Position numbers and translations under genes: made by a program
The notes under the pieces: model-generated
The model's database searches: none
Seen by the model: only the letters and a program-made list of their open reading frames with translations
What the model was told of the DNA's origin: nothing
Part shown: piece after piece, positions 28,601-37,844 of the stretch
Layout of the letters: each line of letters starts with the position of its first letter
Position numbering within the stretch: position 1 is the first letter of the stretch
NCBI RefSeq assembly: GCF_004296935.1
Contig: NZ_SCVH01000097.1
Span: forward strand, 6,093-70,092
DNA: 64,000 nucleotides
Direction of reading: 5' to 3'
Source of the DNA: Reyranella sp.
Lineage (GTDB): Bacteria > Pseudomonadota > Alphaproteobacteria > Reyranellales > Reyranellaceae

Positions 28601-28687
28601 GGCGCCCGCCGCGACGATCGCCAGCATCAGGTACCAGACGAACGAGCGGTGGCCGAGCGCCCACTCCGAGAGATTGAACCTGTTCAC
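25646..28687 (-). CDS. RND efflux transporter permease (AcrB/HAE1-like)
   Basis: About 1013 aa. N-terminus VNRFNLSEWALGHRSFVWYLM, 12-TM RND architecture, conserved GLLVDDAMISVE segment. GTG start at 28687 overlaps the upstream stop (GTGA). Confidence 0.9.
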   Translation of the reverse strand: MNRFNLSEWALGHRSFVWYLMLAIVAAGAFSYLRLGREEDPSFAIKTMIVQASWPGATVEEMTNQVTDRIERKLQELNTLDFTKSYSTSGQTTVFVNLKDTTPGRDIKAIWLDVRAKINDIRSDLPTNVQGPFFNDQFGDVFGNIYALTADGLSFRQLRDYAEQARTQVLKIPGAGRVELLGVQDEVIYLNFSTQHIAGLGVDQQAVLQSLQAQNAIAPSGTVQAGAETVSLRVTGQFTSEDSLRAVNIRVNDRFFRLIDVATVTRGYVDPPQPMFRFNGQPAIGIAVGMKANGNVIQFGEDLKTRMRQIVSELPIGVGVHLVSNQPAVVEEAVGGFTQALFEAVVIVLAVSFLSLGLRAGLVVAIAIPLVLAGTFVFMEYSGITLQRISLGALIIALGLLVDDAMISVEMMVARREAGDSLEKSATFAYTSTAFPMLTGTLVTVAGFVPIGLNGSSAGEYTFTLFAVIAAALLISWVVAVLFTPLLGVSLLPRAAAKQDEAKPSRLKAGFSRLLVLAMRWRWLTIGVTAVLFALSVVGLGLVQNQFFPTADRPELLVDMTLPQDSSIAETKKQMDRLEKALPGDKDIVRWSSYVGRGAVRFYLPLDEQLGNPFFGQVVIVTTDVAARDRVAERLRKLLREDFVGIDGFVHPLDLGPPVGRPIQYRIGGPDIQTVRRLTQEFASVVAANPNVGGIVYDWNEPGKVLKIRVDQNRARQLGISSQDIATMLNNVVGGSSITQMYDSIYLINVVGRAERAERVALETFQGLQLAGRNGQPIPLFAIADIRFELEQPIVWRRDRQPTITLQAGVLGGLQPATIVDQLKPAVAKFAAALPADYSIAIGGTVEESAKGEQPIADVVPLMLFLMATVLMIQLQSFQKLFLVVSVAPLGLIGVVAALLATDQPMGFVAILGVLALIGIIIRNSVILVAQIDEFLAEGLAPWNAVVEATTHRLRPILLTAAAASLGMIPIAREVFWGPMAYAMIGGIIVATLLTLLFLPALYAAWYRLKEPT

Positions 28688-29784
28688 TTGAGGGCCTCGC
28701 TCGGGAGCTTCACGGCCTGTCCTAGTTTCAGGCTGTGGATGCCGGCAGTGACCACGCGCTCGCCAGCCGACAGGCCCGAGGCGACGGTGATCGTCTCGGC
28801 CGTGCGACTCGTGACGGTGACGTCGCGCAGAGAGACGGTGGCGTCCGCGCCGGAGGGCCTCTTCTCGACCACCCACACCCGGGTCTTCGCGTCCGTCTCC
28901 AGCAGCGCCGCGGCCGGCAGGTCGATCCGCGGCGATATCGGCTTCTGCAGGGTCACGTACACCGTGACGCCGAGGCGGAAGGCCGGTACGGGATCGTTCA
29001 AGGTCAGGTAGATGGTACGCGTGCGCGTGGTCGGGTCAGCCGCCGGATCGACGCCGCGCACGGCCGCCGCCTTCATCGCCGTCGCGGGATCGAGCCGCAC
29101 CTGCATTTCGAAGTCGTTGCGGTTGGCCAGGATGTCAGCGAGGTCGCTGGTGACGGAGAACACGGCTTCCCGGATTTCCGGCCGGGCGATGGTGACGATC
29201 TTCTGGCCGGGATTGACCACTTGGCCGGGCTCGGCGTAGCGGCCGGTGACGACGCCGTCGAAGTCGGCATGGATCTGGGTGAAGGAAAGCACGTCCTGCG
29301 CCCGGCGCAGTGACGCCTTGGCACGTATGAGGTTGGCGGCGGCGGTATCGCGATTCTGCACGATCACGTCGAACTGCGCCTGCGGCGTGATGTTGCGTTC
29401 CACCAGCGGCCGCTGGCGCTTCTCCTCAGCCTCGGCGTTGGCATACTGCGCCTCGGCATTGGCCAGCACGGCTTCGGCGTTGCGCACCAGGATGAGTTGC
29501 ACGGACGGATCGAGGGTGGCGATGTCGTCGCCCTTCTTGACGATGGCGCCGACATCAACGAACCGCGCCACCATGCGGCCGAAGACACGGAAGCCGACAT
29601 CCGTGCTGTAGCGTGGCTGGATACTGCCGACGAACGGCCCCAAGATCTCGGTCTTGTTGATCTCCGCCTTGACCGAGAGGACGGGCCGGACGGGCGGGGC
29701 GGCCTCGGCTTGCCGGTCCTGCCGGCAGGCGCCAAGCAACGCGAGCAGGGCGATGCCCAGCAGGCCGGCACCCTGGCGTCTCAT
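28684..29784 (-). CDS. RND efflux periplasmic adaptor (membrane fusion protein), lipoprotein, copy 2
   Basis: Lipobox LLGAC after a signal peptide. Coiled-coil hairpin region (AEAQYANAEAEEKRQ) and beta-barrel segments of HlyD/AcrA-type adaptors. Confidence 0.85.
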   Translation of the reverse strand: MRRQGAGLLGIALLALLGACRQDRQAEAAPPVRPVLSVKAEINKTEILGPFVGSIQPRYSTDVGFRVFGRMVARFVDVGAIVKKGDDIATLDPSVQLILVRNAEAVLANAEAQYANAEAEEKRQRPLVERNITPQAQFDVIVQNRDTAAANLIRAKASLRRAQDVLSFTQIHADFDGVVTGRYAEPGQVVNPGQKIVTIARPEIREAVFSVTSDLADILANRNDFEMQVRLDPATAMKAAAVRGVDPAADPTTRTRTIYLTLNDPVPAFRLGVTVYVTLQKPISPRIDLPAAALLETDAKTRVWVVEKRPSGADATVSLRDVTVTSRTAETITVASGLSAGERVVTAGIHSLKLGQAVKLPSEALK

Positions 29785-31043
29785 GGCTTGGTCTCCGCCG
29801 CGATCTCGACCTTCTGTCCCGGTCGCAGCAGCTGCACGCCGGCGGTGACCACGCGCTGGCCGTTCTCAAGTCCGTCCGTCACCGCGATGACGCCGCGGAT
29901 GTAGCGGTCGACGGTGATCGGCTTCAGTGACACCGTGTTGTTGCTCGGGTCGACCAGCCATACCGCCGGCGCGCCGTCGATCTCGAACAGCGCGCCCCAG
30001 GGCAGCAGGAAGACCTTGCGCAGCTTCATGGCGCCGACGCCGTTGGCGATGGCGCCCAGGTTCATTCCCGGTGGCGTCTCGCGCAGTCCGATCTTGACCG
30101 TGATGGTCATCGTGCTGGGATTGATCGCCGGCGAGATCTCGCGCACGTCGCCGATGGTGGAGACGGCGGGATTGGACACCAAGGAAATTGGGAGGCCCTT
30201 GTCCGTGGCGAGATTCGCCAACGCCCATTCGTGAACGTTGAACACCGCGTCGCGGGCGCCGTTGCGTGCCACGGTAAAGATGGACTGCGCCTGTGCCACG
30301 ACCTGGCCGGCCTCCGCGCTGCGGGCGGTGACGATGCCGTCGGCGTCGGCGCGCAGCACGGTGTAGGAGAGCTGGTCCTCGGCCGACGCGAGCTGGGCGC
30401 GGGCCTGGTCGAGCTGCGCCTGCGCCGACCGCAGGGCGGCCTCGGCCTGGTCGTGGTCGCGGCGGGTAGTGTTGCCGGTGGCGAGGAGGTTCTTCTGGCG
30501 GTCGAAGCTGGCGGTGGCCTGCTGGAGCTGGGCTTGCGCCGACTGCACGCCCGCCTTGGCCGAGTCGAGTTCGGCTTGCTGCTCGACAGGATCGAGGCGG
30601 GCCAGCACCTGGTCGCGGACGACAGGATCGCCGACATTCACCAGGCGTTCACTGATCTTGCCGCTGATTCTGAAGGAAAGCTCGGTCTCGACCTGGGCCG
30701 CGATGATGCCGGTGAGGGTGATGGCGGGTGCAAAATCGACGAGTTCGGCGGTGGTTGCCTTGACCCGCGTGAGCGGCCGCTGCGCAATCGCATCCTGCTT
30801 GCAGCCGGCAAGCAGTCCGAGGAAGGCGACGCACATGCACGGCAACGCCAACCAGCGCCAGCGATGAAGGAAGTGTGGCGGAATCTGCAGCCCCTTTTCT
30901 GGAATGATAACAGGTTCCACAATTGATGCCGAGTATGGGCGTCTACATAATGATGCGTGTCCTTGATCGAGCGTCTCACCTTCATCGGACTCGAACAGGC
31001 GTTCGAACCTGAGAAGGCCTTCGGCGGCCCCTTGGCGGCTCAT
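29781..31043 (-). CDS. RND efflux periplasmic adaptor (membrane fusion protein), lipoprotein, copy 1; true start probably internal
   Basis: Lipobox LLAGC at about aa 77-81 of the maximal ORF, then an adaptor coiled-coil (AELDSAKAGVQSAQAQLQQA). The first ~55 codons of the listed ORF are probably not translated. Its stop overlaps the next adaptor start. Confidence 0.8.
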   Translation of the reverse strand: MSRQGAAEGLLRFERLFESDEGETLDQGHASLCRRPYSASIVEPVIIPEKGLQIPPHFLHRWRWLALPCMCVAFLGLLAGCKQDAIAQRPLTRVKATTAELVDFAPAITLTGIIAAQVETELSFRISGKISERLVNVGDPVVRDQVLARLDPVEQQAELDSAKAGVQSAQAQLQQATASFDRQKNLLATGNTTRRDHDQAEAALRSAQAQLDQARAQLASAEDQLSYTVLRADADGIVTARSAEAGQVVAQAQSIFTVARNGARDAVFNVHEWALANLATDKGLPISLVSNPAVSTIGDVREISPAINPSTMTITVKIGLRETPPGMNLGAIANGVGAMKLRKVFLLPWGALFEIDGAPAVWLVDPSNNTVSLKPITVDRYIRGVIAVTDGLENGQRVVTAGVQLLRPGQKVEIAAETKP

Positions 31044-31120
31044 GAGTATTTCCGCTTGCCGCCTGAAGGGGCGGGCTTCAGCGTCGAGTTCGATCCCGAC
31101 ATGGCCGCGCGCTACCGGGT

Positions 31121-31723
31121 GTGTTGATGGGGCCCGTCAAGGTCGATCCGGCCAAGGTCCGCGAGTTCGCCAACGCCGCGAGCTTCTACCGATGGCTCGG
31201 CAAGCATCGCGACAAGGCCGATGAGCTCTGGATCAAGATCCACAAGGTGGATTCGGGGCTGAAGTCGATCACACCAAAGGAAGCCATCGATGTCGTGCTC
31301 TGCTGGGGCTGGATCGACGGGCTGCGCAAGGGATTCGACGACAGGAGCTATCTGCAGCGCTACACGCCGCGCGGCCGCAAGAGTGTCTGGAGCCAGATCA
31401 ATGTCGACAACGTTGCCAGGCTGATCAAGGAAGGCCGGATGACCGGGCACGGGCTGGCGCAGGTCGATGCGGCCAAGGCCGACGGGCGCTGGGCCCGCGC
31501 CTACAAGAGCAAGGACACGAAGATCCCGGGCGATCTCCAGGCCGCCATCGATGCCGAGCCCGAGGCCCGGGCGATGCTGGAAAAACTGAGCGCACAGAAT
31601 CGCTTTGCGCTCGCCTTCCGCACCAGCAACATGAAGACCGAGGCGGGGCGGACGAAGAAGATCGCGACCTTCGTGGCGATGCTCAGGCGCGGCGAGACGA
31701 TCTACCCGCAGCGCAAGAAGTGA
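31121..31723 (+). CDS. YdeI/OmpD-associated family protein
   Basis: 200 aa. FRxWL...ELW, WGWIDG and RYTPRR-like segments are typical of the YdeI (bacteriocin-protection) family. Confidence 0.65.
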   Translation: MLMGPVKVDPAKVREFANAASFYRWLGKHRDKADELWIKIHKVDSGLKSITPKEAIDVVLCWGWIDGLRKGFDDRSYLQRYTPRGRKSVWSQINVDNVARLIKEGRMTGHGLAQVDAAKADGRWARAYKSKDTKIPGDLQAAIDAEPEARAMLEKLSAQNRFALAFRTSNMKTEAGRTKKIATFVAMLRRGETIYPQRKK

Positions 31724-31838
31724 GCGGCGGTTGACGATCCACCGATGTGCAAAAAAACGCATGCAGACCACCCCGCAGGGGCACAGCCAGCCGGGCCACG
31801 TCGGAGTAGACTCGGTTTAACTGCAAGGGGGAGCCGCC

Positions 31839-32531
31839 ATGCCGATCGCCAATCGTCTCTATGCCGAGTTTCTCGGCACTGCGTGGCTCGTGCTGGGCGG
31901 CTGCGGCAGCGCGGTCCTTGCGGCCGCCTTTCCCCAGCTCGGTATTGGCTTCGCCGGCGTGGCGCTGGCCTTCGGCCTCACCGTGCTGACGATGATCTAC
32001 GCCGTCGGGCCGGTCTCGGGCGGTCATTTCAATCCGGCGGTAACCGTTGGCCTCGCCGTCGCCGGCCGCTTTCCCAAAGGCGAAGTCCTGCACTATGTGG
32101 CGGCGCAGGTGCTGGGTGGCATCGCGGGGGCGGCAATCCTCTACGTCATCGCCACGGGCAAGGCGGGGGCCGATATCGGCGGCTTCGCGACCAACGGCTA
32201 CGACGCGCAATCACCTGGCAAATATGGCCTGGTGTCGGCCCTCGTCATCGAAGTCGTCATGACCTTCGGCTTCGTCACCGTCATCCTGGGCGCCACCGAC
32301 AAGCGGGCGCATCCGGCGGCTGCGGGCCTCGCCATCGGCCTCGCCCTCACCCTGATCCATCTGGTGAGCATTCCGGTCACCAACACGTCGGTGAACCCGG
32401 CGCGCAGCACGGCGCCGGCACTGTTCGTGGGCGGCGCGGCGCTCTCGCAGCTCTGGCTGTTCTGGGTGGCGCCGCTGCTGGGTGGCGCGATCGCCGGCCT
32501 CGCCTACGGGTTGTTGCGCCGCGACGACTGA
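31839..32531 (+). CDS. aqpZ: aquaporin Z
   Basis: Two NPA motifs ([13 protein letters not shown]), six-TM MIP pattern, N-terminus [21 protein letters not shown] very close to AqpZ. Confidence 0.92.
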   Translation: MPIANRLYAEFLGTAWLVLGGCGSAVLAAAFPQLGIGFAGVALAFGLTVLTMIYAVGPVSGGHFNPAVTVGLAVAGRFPKGEVLHYVAAQVLGGIAGAAILYVIATGKAGADIGGFATNGYDAQSPGKYGLVSALVIEVVMTFGFVTVILGATDKRAHPAAAGLAIGLALTLIHLVSIPVTNTSVNPARSTAPALFVGGAALSQLWLFWVAPLLGGAIAGLAYGLLRRDD

Positions 32532-32607
32532 CGGCGCATCCCGGCCAATGTAAGGTGGCAGAGCGTCGACCGACTATCGGAAGGCCGGCTATCGGAAGGA
32601 TCGCACA

Positions 32608-32973
32608 ATGACCATCGCCAAGTATCTCGCTCTTGCCGCTTTTGCCGTGGCGCTGCCGGCCGCCGTCCTGGCCCAGGACGGCGAGGTCAAATTCTGGCTC
32701 AACGCAGCGCCCAACAACATCCAGGGCTGCATCGCGGCCGATCCGCAATTCACCCGCGAGCATACATTCACGCTGAAGAGTGGCCAGGCGGAGGTGAGCA
32801 TGCCGGGCAACATCCACGTCAAGCTGAAGCTCGGCCAGCCAAACATCTATGCCGGCGATTTCGTTCTCGGGCGCCTGAATCTGCACATGATCGCCGATCT
32901 GGCGGCGACGCCCAAGACCTTGACGGTCACGGAAAAGAGCCTCGGCTGCAAGTGGTCCGCCATCAAGCAATAG
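32608..32973 (+). CDS. secreted hypothetical protein
   Basis: 121 aa with a signal peptide ending AAVLAQD and two Cys residues. No recognisable family. Confidence 0.5.
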   Translation: MTIAKYLALAAFAVALPAAVLAQDGEVKFWLNAAPNNIQGCIAADPQFTREHTFTLKSGQAEVSMPGNIHVKLKLGQPNIYAGDFVLGRLNLHMIADLAATPKTLTVTEKSLGCKWSAIKQ

Positions 32974-33008
32974 ACCGCAGGTCCATCCCTGTCGCGGACT
33001 GAAGCCGG

Positions 33009-34268
33009 ATGCATCGTCGGTGCCTGTTGGGTGGGCTGGGCGCAGGGGCGGCCGCCGGGTTGCTCGGCGGCTGTGATGCGCCGGGCCGACTCGCGTCCTT
33101 GCCGGCGCGGCTGCACGGCCAGGCGTCGTTTCACGGCATGCCGGTGGGCACGCGGATCGTGCTCGACGGATCGGACGAGGTGCTGCTCGGTCGCGTGGCG
33201 TCGGAGGCACTTGATCGGGAGCTAGCCTGGGCCATGCGCGAGGGCAGGAGCGACGTCGGGCCGGCCAACTTCCTCGCCATCTCGGGTGGCGGTGCGAACG
33301 GCGCATACGGCGCCGGACTGCTCGTGGCGTGGAGCGAACGGGGCACGCGGCCGGAATTCAAGGTCGTCACTGGCGTCAGCACCGGAGCTCTGACCGCGCC
33401 CTTCGCCTTCCTGGGCGAGCAATACGACCGGCAACTCGAGCATTTCTATACCGGCATCAGCACGGCCGACATCATGGTGTCGCGCGGCCTTCTGATCGGT
33501 CTGACCAGTGACTCGTTCTACGATTCAACGCCGCTGCTGCAGACGATCCGCGGCGTGCTCACGCCGGAGTTCGTCGCGGCGATCGCACGCGAATACAGCG
33601 ACAAGGGCCGCCTTCTGATCGTGGCAACGACCAATCTCGATATTCCGGCGGGCGTGCTGTGGAACATGGGCAGCATCGCTGCCAGCAGCCACCCGCGCCG
33701 CGCCGAACTGATGGCCAGGATCCTTCTGGCTTCGGCTTCGATTCCGGGTGTGTTTCCGCCGGTGATGATCGATCTCGAGGCGGGTGGCGAGCGTTTTCAG
33801 GAGATGAATGTCGACGGCGGGACGGTCGCCCAGGTGGTGCTCTATCCGCCGTCGATATCGCGCCCGGGTCGGCTTTCCGACATCCATCGCGACGCCCGCC
33901 GCAGGCAGGCGTTCCTAGATCGAAAGCGCAGCCTTTACGTGATCCGCAATTCGCGCCCCGGCGGAGACTTCGAGACAGTCGACCGCCGGACGCTCAAGAT
34001 CGTCGAGCGGGCGGTGGCGACGCTGATCAGCACGCAAGGCCTCGGCGACCTCTACCAGCTTTACCTTCTCGCCCACCGCGATGGCATCGACTACAATGTC
34101 ACTTACATTCCGCAAAGCTTTTCCAGGAAGCTGCGCGAGCCGTTCGACCAGGAGTACATGAAAAACCTCTTCCAGGTCGGGCGCGAAGCGATGCTGAAGG
34201 GCGCGCCTTGGCACAAGTATCCGCCCGGCTACGATCCGGTCCCGATCACCCGGCAAACGCCGGCATGA
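33009..34268 (+). CDS. patatin-like phospholipase, probable lipoprotein
   Basis: Oxyanion motif SGGGANGAYGAG, nucleophile motif GVSTG, DGG catalytic Asp motif (NVDGGT). N-terminal LLGGC lipobox. Confidence 0.85.
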   Translation: MHRRCLLGGLGAGAAAGLLGGCDAPGRLASLPARLHGQASFHGMPVGTRIVLDGSDEVLLGRVASEALDRELAWAMREGRSDVGPANFLAISGGGANGAYGAGLLVAWSERGTRPEFKVVTGVSTGALTAPFAFLGEQYDRQLEHFYTGISTADIMVSRGLLIGLTSDSFYDSTPLLQTIRGVLTPEFVAAIAREYSDKGRLLIVATTNLDIPAGVLWNMGSIAASSHPRRAELMARILLASASIPGVFPPVMIDLEAGGERFQEMNVDGGTVAQVVLYPPSISRPGRLSDIHRDARRRQAFLDRKRSLYVIRNSRPGGDFETVDRRTLKIVERAVATLISTQGLGDLYQLYLLAHRDGIDYNVTYIPQSFSRKLREPFDQEYMKNLFQVGREAMLKGAPWHKYPPGYDPVPITRQTPA

Positions 34269-34305
34269 TCATCCACTGGAGGTCTGTGGGCGGGATACGA
34301 CCGAC

Positions 34306-36405
34306 ATGAAATCGCCCAGGCTGTCCGTTCCGTTCAGCATCACGATCCTGACGTTGATGGCGCTGGTCCTGGCGCCGCTCAGCACAGCGCTGTTGTGGCT
34401 CGGCTGGCAGGCGGTCGATGGGCTGGAGAAACGCAGCGCCGATCAGCGCGTGACCGTGCTCGAGACGGCGGTGGAGCGCTTCCTGACCGACGGGCTGCGC
34501 GCCGTGATCTCGGTCGGCCAGACGCTGTCCGTGGCGCCGAGTTTCAACGCCGAGGAAGGGTCGGCCGCCGACGATGAGCGCCACCGGCAGCTTATCGCCC
34601 TGCTCGACCGCCATCCTGCGGTAACCGCCGCCTTTGCCGGATATGCCGACGGCCATTTCGTCTATGCCGGTCGTCCGGACTCGCTGTCGATCGCCCAGCG
34701 CACCCAGTACGACCCACCGGACGGCGAGTCGCTTATCGTGCGCACCATCGACGGCACACCGCCGACGCGGCGCGAGACCTGGTGGTTCCAGACGCCTGAT
34801 GGCAAGCGCAGCGGTGCGCAAACCCAGTCGAGCGACTACGACCCGCGCGCCAGGCCCTGGTATGTCGAAGCCTTGAACGTCGGTGGCCCGGTGCTCACGC
34901 CGCCTTACCGCTTTGCCATGTCGAACGAAGTGGGCATTTCTGCCGGCATGCCGTTACCGGGCGGCGCTGGCGCGATCGGCTTCGACTTCACGCTCGGCAC
35001 GCTGTCGCAGCTGATTTCGGCCTACAAGATCACCGCCAACTCGATCATCATGATTGGCCAAGGCACGTCCGGCGTCGAGATCGAATCGGAGGCCTGCGCG
35101 CCGGCCGCTCCGACTTGCCTGCCCGGCGACGCCGCGGTGCGAGTGGAACTCAAAGAGGCGATCCGCGAGGCGGCCGACAATGATCGCCGGATCGATCGCC
35201 GTATCGAGGTGTCGGGGCATATATATCGGCTGATCGTGCGTCGGATGCCTCTGGCGATGGGCCAGCGTTTCGTAGTGGCCGCCGCCGTCCCCGTCTCGGA
35301 ACTTGCCGCAGACTCGATCACGCTGTTGCAACACGCTGCCGTAGCGGCGGCGATTGCCGTGGGTTTGGCGATCCTGGGCACGCTCGCGGCGTCGCTGTTG
35401 TTGTCCCGGTCGCTGGCGCGTATCACCGCCAAGACCGAGCGCATCCGCGATCTCGACTTTTCCGACCGCGTGCCGGTGCGAAGCCGCATCAGGGAAGTCG
35501 TCCGGCTGTCCGATGCCGTCGAGCGAATGCGCGAGGGCCTCGAGGTGTTCGGCCGCTACGTCTCGAAGGATCTCGTCCACCAGATCATGCATTCGCCGGA
35601 GAGCAGCGGCGTCGGCGGCACGCGCCGCGAGGTCACGGTGATGTTCACCGACATCGAGGGCTTTTCGCTGCTGAGCGAGACGATGGAACCGGAACTGCTG
35701 ACCAGCCGACTGTCGCGCTACTTCGAAGTACTGGGCACGGCCATCTCCGCCAACCACGGCATGATCGACAAGTACATCGGCGACAGCATCATGGCGTTCT
35801 GGAACGCTCCCGAACCGGATCCCGATCACATCGCCAATGCCTGCCGGGCGGCCCTGCAGGCCGCCGCCGCCGGCCGTCAGCTCGCGGAGAAGTGGCGGCA
35901 GCGCGGCCGGCCGGGCTTTCGCACCCGTTTCGGCCTGCATACCGGTCCGGCGGTGGTTGGCAATGTCGGCGCGCGCGAGCGCATCAACTACACGCTGGTC
36001 GGCGCCGTGGCGAACCAGGCGTCACGACTCGAAGGGCTGAACAAGGTCTACGGGACGGAACTGCTGGCGAGCGGCGAGGTGGCCGGCGCCACCGCCGATC
36101 GATTCGTCTGGCGTCATATCGACCGCATCGTGGCGGTGGGGACGACCGAGGTGCACGACATCCATGAGCCGCTGGGCGAGATCGACACTGCCGCCGATCA
36201 TGCCGAGCTGCTCGCCCACTGGCAGGCCGGGCGCAAGGCCTATATCGAGGGCAACTTCGAGGCTGCGATCGTCTGCTTCAACGCTGTGGCGACCCTGCGG
36301 CCGGGCGACGGGCCGAGCCGCGTCTTCATCGAGCGTTGCACCGGGTTTCTCCAGGGCGGCACGCCCGCCGGCTGGGACGGCACCTGGCGTCTCGACAAGA
36401 AATAG
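34306..36405 (+). CDS. membrane sensor class III adenylate/guanylate cyclase (periplasmic Cache-like domain, HAMP, cyclase domain, C-terminal extension)
   Basis: N-terminal TM, about 280-aa extracytoplasmic region, second TM. Cyclase core VTVMFTDIEGFSLLSE ... GDSIMAFWNAP ... RFGLHTGPAVVGNVG. Confidence 0.85.
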   Translation: MKSPRLSVPFSITILTLMALVLAPLSTALLWLGWQAVDGLEKRSADQRVTVLETAVERFLTDGLRAVISVGQTLSVAPSFNAEEGSAADDERHRQLIALLDRHPAVTAAFAGYADGHFVYAGRPDSLSIAQRTQYDPPDGESLIVRTIDGTPPTRRETWWFQTPDGKRSGAQTQSSDYDPRARPWYVEALNVGGPVLTPPYRFAMSNEVGISAGMPLPGGAGAIGFDFTLGTLSQLISAYKITANSIIMIGQGTSGVEIESEACAPAAPTCLPGDAAVRVELKEAIREAADNDRRIDRRIEVSGHIYRLIVRRMPLAMGQRFVVAAAVPVSELAADSITLLQHAAVAAAIAVGLAILGTLAASLLLSRSLARITAKTERIRDLDFSDRVPVRSRIREVVRLSDAVERMREGLEVFGRYVSKDLVHQIMHSPESSGVGGTRREVTVMFTDIEGFSLLSETMEPELLTSRLSRYFEVLGTAISANHGMIDKYIGDSIMAFWNAPEPDPDHIANACRAALQAAAAGRQLAEKWRQRGRPGFRTRFGLHTGPAVVGNVGARERINYTLVGAVANQASRLEGLNKVYGTELLASGEVAGATADRFVWRHIDRIVAVGTTEVHDIHEPLGEIDTAADHAELLAHWQAGRKAYIEGNFEAAIVCFNAVATLRPGDGPSRVFIERCTGFLQGGTPAGWDGTWRLDKK

Positions 36406-36424
36406 CGGCGCCCGGCATGCGGAG

Positions 36425-37360
36425 TCAGGGGCCGCGCATCAGCGCCTGCACGTGGGCAACGACGGATTCGGCCAGCGCTTCCAGATCGTAGCCGCCCTCG
36501 AGGGCCGAGACGATGCGCCCTTCGGCGTGCCGATCGGCGATCGTCAGAAGTTCGTCCGTCAGCCACGCGAAATCCGCGGTCTCGACGTTCAACTGCGCCA
36601 GCGGATCGCGGCGGTGGGCATCGAAGCCTGCCGACACGATCAAGAGCTCCGGCGCGAAGACGTCGAGCGCGGGCAGGATGCGATCGCCCCAGGCGGCACG
36701 GAACTCCGCACTGCCGCTGCCGGCGGCGAGCGGCACGTTGATCACGTTTCCCGCCACTCCGCGTTCGCGCGCCGAGCCGGTGCCGGGGTAGAGCGGCGAC
36801 TGGTGGGATGAGGCGTAGAACAATCGCGGATCGGCTTCGACGATGGCCTGGGTTCCTTGACCGTGATGGACGTCGAAGTCGACGATCGCCACGCGCTCCA
36901 GACCGTAGACGGCCTGGGCATGCAGGGCACCTACGGCGACGCTGTTGAACAGGCAGAAGCCGCCCGGAATGCTCGGCAGGGCATGGTGCCCGGGTGGACG
37001 GACCGCGGCGAAGACGGTTTGCGCGGCATCGCGCATCACCGCATCAACGCCGGCGACCACGGCGCCGGCGGCGTGACGCGCCGCTTCGGCGCTCTCGGTG
37101 CTCATGATGGTGTCGGCGTCGACCTGGACGAGTTCGCCGGCCGGCGGCCGGACACCGAGGATCGCCTCGACATACTCCTTCGGGTGCACGCGCACGAGCT
37201 GCTCGAGGGTGGCGGCGGGCGCTACAACGGAAACCAGATGGGCAATGGCCGCATCGTCGAGCGCGGCCAGCACCGCGCGGAGCCGGTCGGGTCGCTCCGG
37301 ATGGTAATCGCCGGTGTCGTGGGCCAGGAATGACGGGTGGCTGATGAGGAACGACGTCAT
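36425..37360 (-). CDS. histone deacetylase family protein (acetylpolyamine/acetoin-utilisation type amidohydrolase)
   Basis: RPPGHH, DFDVHHGQGTQ and EGGY motifs of the arginase/deacetylase superfamily. Confidence 0.88.
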   Translation of the reverse strand: MTSFLISHPSFLAHDTGDYHPERPDRLRAVLAALDDAAIAHLVSVVAPAATLEQLVRVHPKEYVEAILGVRPPAGELVQVDADTIMSTESAEAARHAAGAVVAGVDAVMRDAAQTVFAAVRPPGHHALPSIPGGFCLFNSVAVGALHAQAVYGLERVAIVDFDVHHGQGTQAIVEADPRLFYASSHQSPLYPGTGSARERGVAGNVINVPLAAGSGSAEFRAAWGDRILPALDVFAPELLIVSAGFDAHRRDPLAQLNVETADFAWLTDELLTIADRHAEGRIVSALEGGYDLEALAESVVAHVQALMRGP

Positions 37361-37467
37361 GTCCTTCCTCTAGCGCGGCGCGTGTCGCCGGGATAGGGCA
37401 TGCGATCCTTCGCTTGAGCCGCCTTGCGATGGGGCGATAAGATGCCGGCTCATCCGGGGGACCCAAA

Positions 37468-37830
37468 TTGATGTTGCGTTCGATTGTCGTTGCCGTGCTC
37501 TCGCTGTTCGCCGGCAGCGCGCTGGCCGTTGACACCACCTTTCTGCTGGTCAATTCGACGGCCTATCCGATCAGCGAGATGTCGATCTCGCAGACCCAGC
37601 TGAGCATGTGGAGCCCCAACCTTCTCCGTCCGCCCGTCATCAAGGCCGGCGAGTCCCGGCAGGTGGTGATCCCGGCGTCACAGCTGGTATGTCAGGTGGA
37701 TATCAAGCTCGGCTTTGCCGATGGCGGCGCGCCAGCGATCTGGCAGTACCTGAACCTGTGCAATCTCAGGCGGCTCCAGGTCTTCTACGACCGCACCAGC
37801 GGCATCACGACCGCCAAGTACGACGAATGA
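37468..37830 (+). CDS. secreted hypothetical protein
   Basis: 120 aa with signal peptide MMLRSIVVAVLSLFAGSALA. No recognisable family. Confidence 0.5.
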   Translation: MMLRSIVVAVLSLFAGSALAVDTTFLLVNSTAYPISEMSISQTQLSMWSPNLLRPPVIKAGESRQVVIPASQLVCQVDIKLGFADGGAPAIWQYLNLCNLRRLQVFYDRTSGITTAKYDE

Positions 37831-37844
37831 GCCCCGCCCGCCGG

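Noticed and set aside
33009-36405. Patatin plus nucleotide cyclase as a CBASS-like anti-phage defence operon.
   Set aside because: The cyclase is a class III membrane-sensor enzyme (Cache/HAMP), not a CD-NTase. The patatin protein has a lipoprotein export signal and no obvious nucleotide-sensing domain. No other defence-associated genes are nearby.
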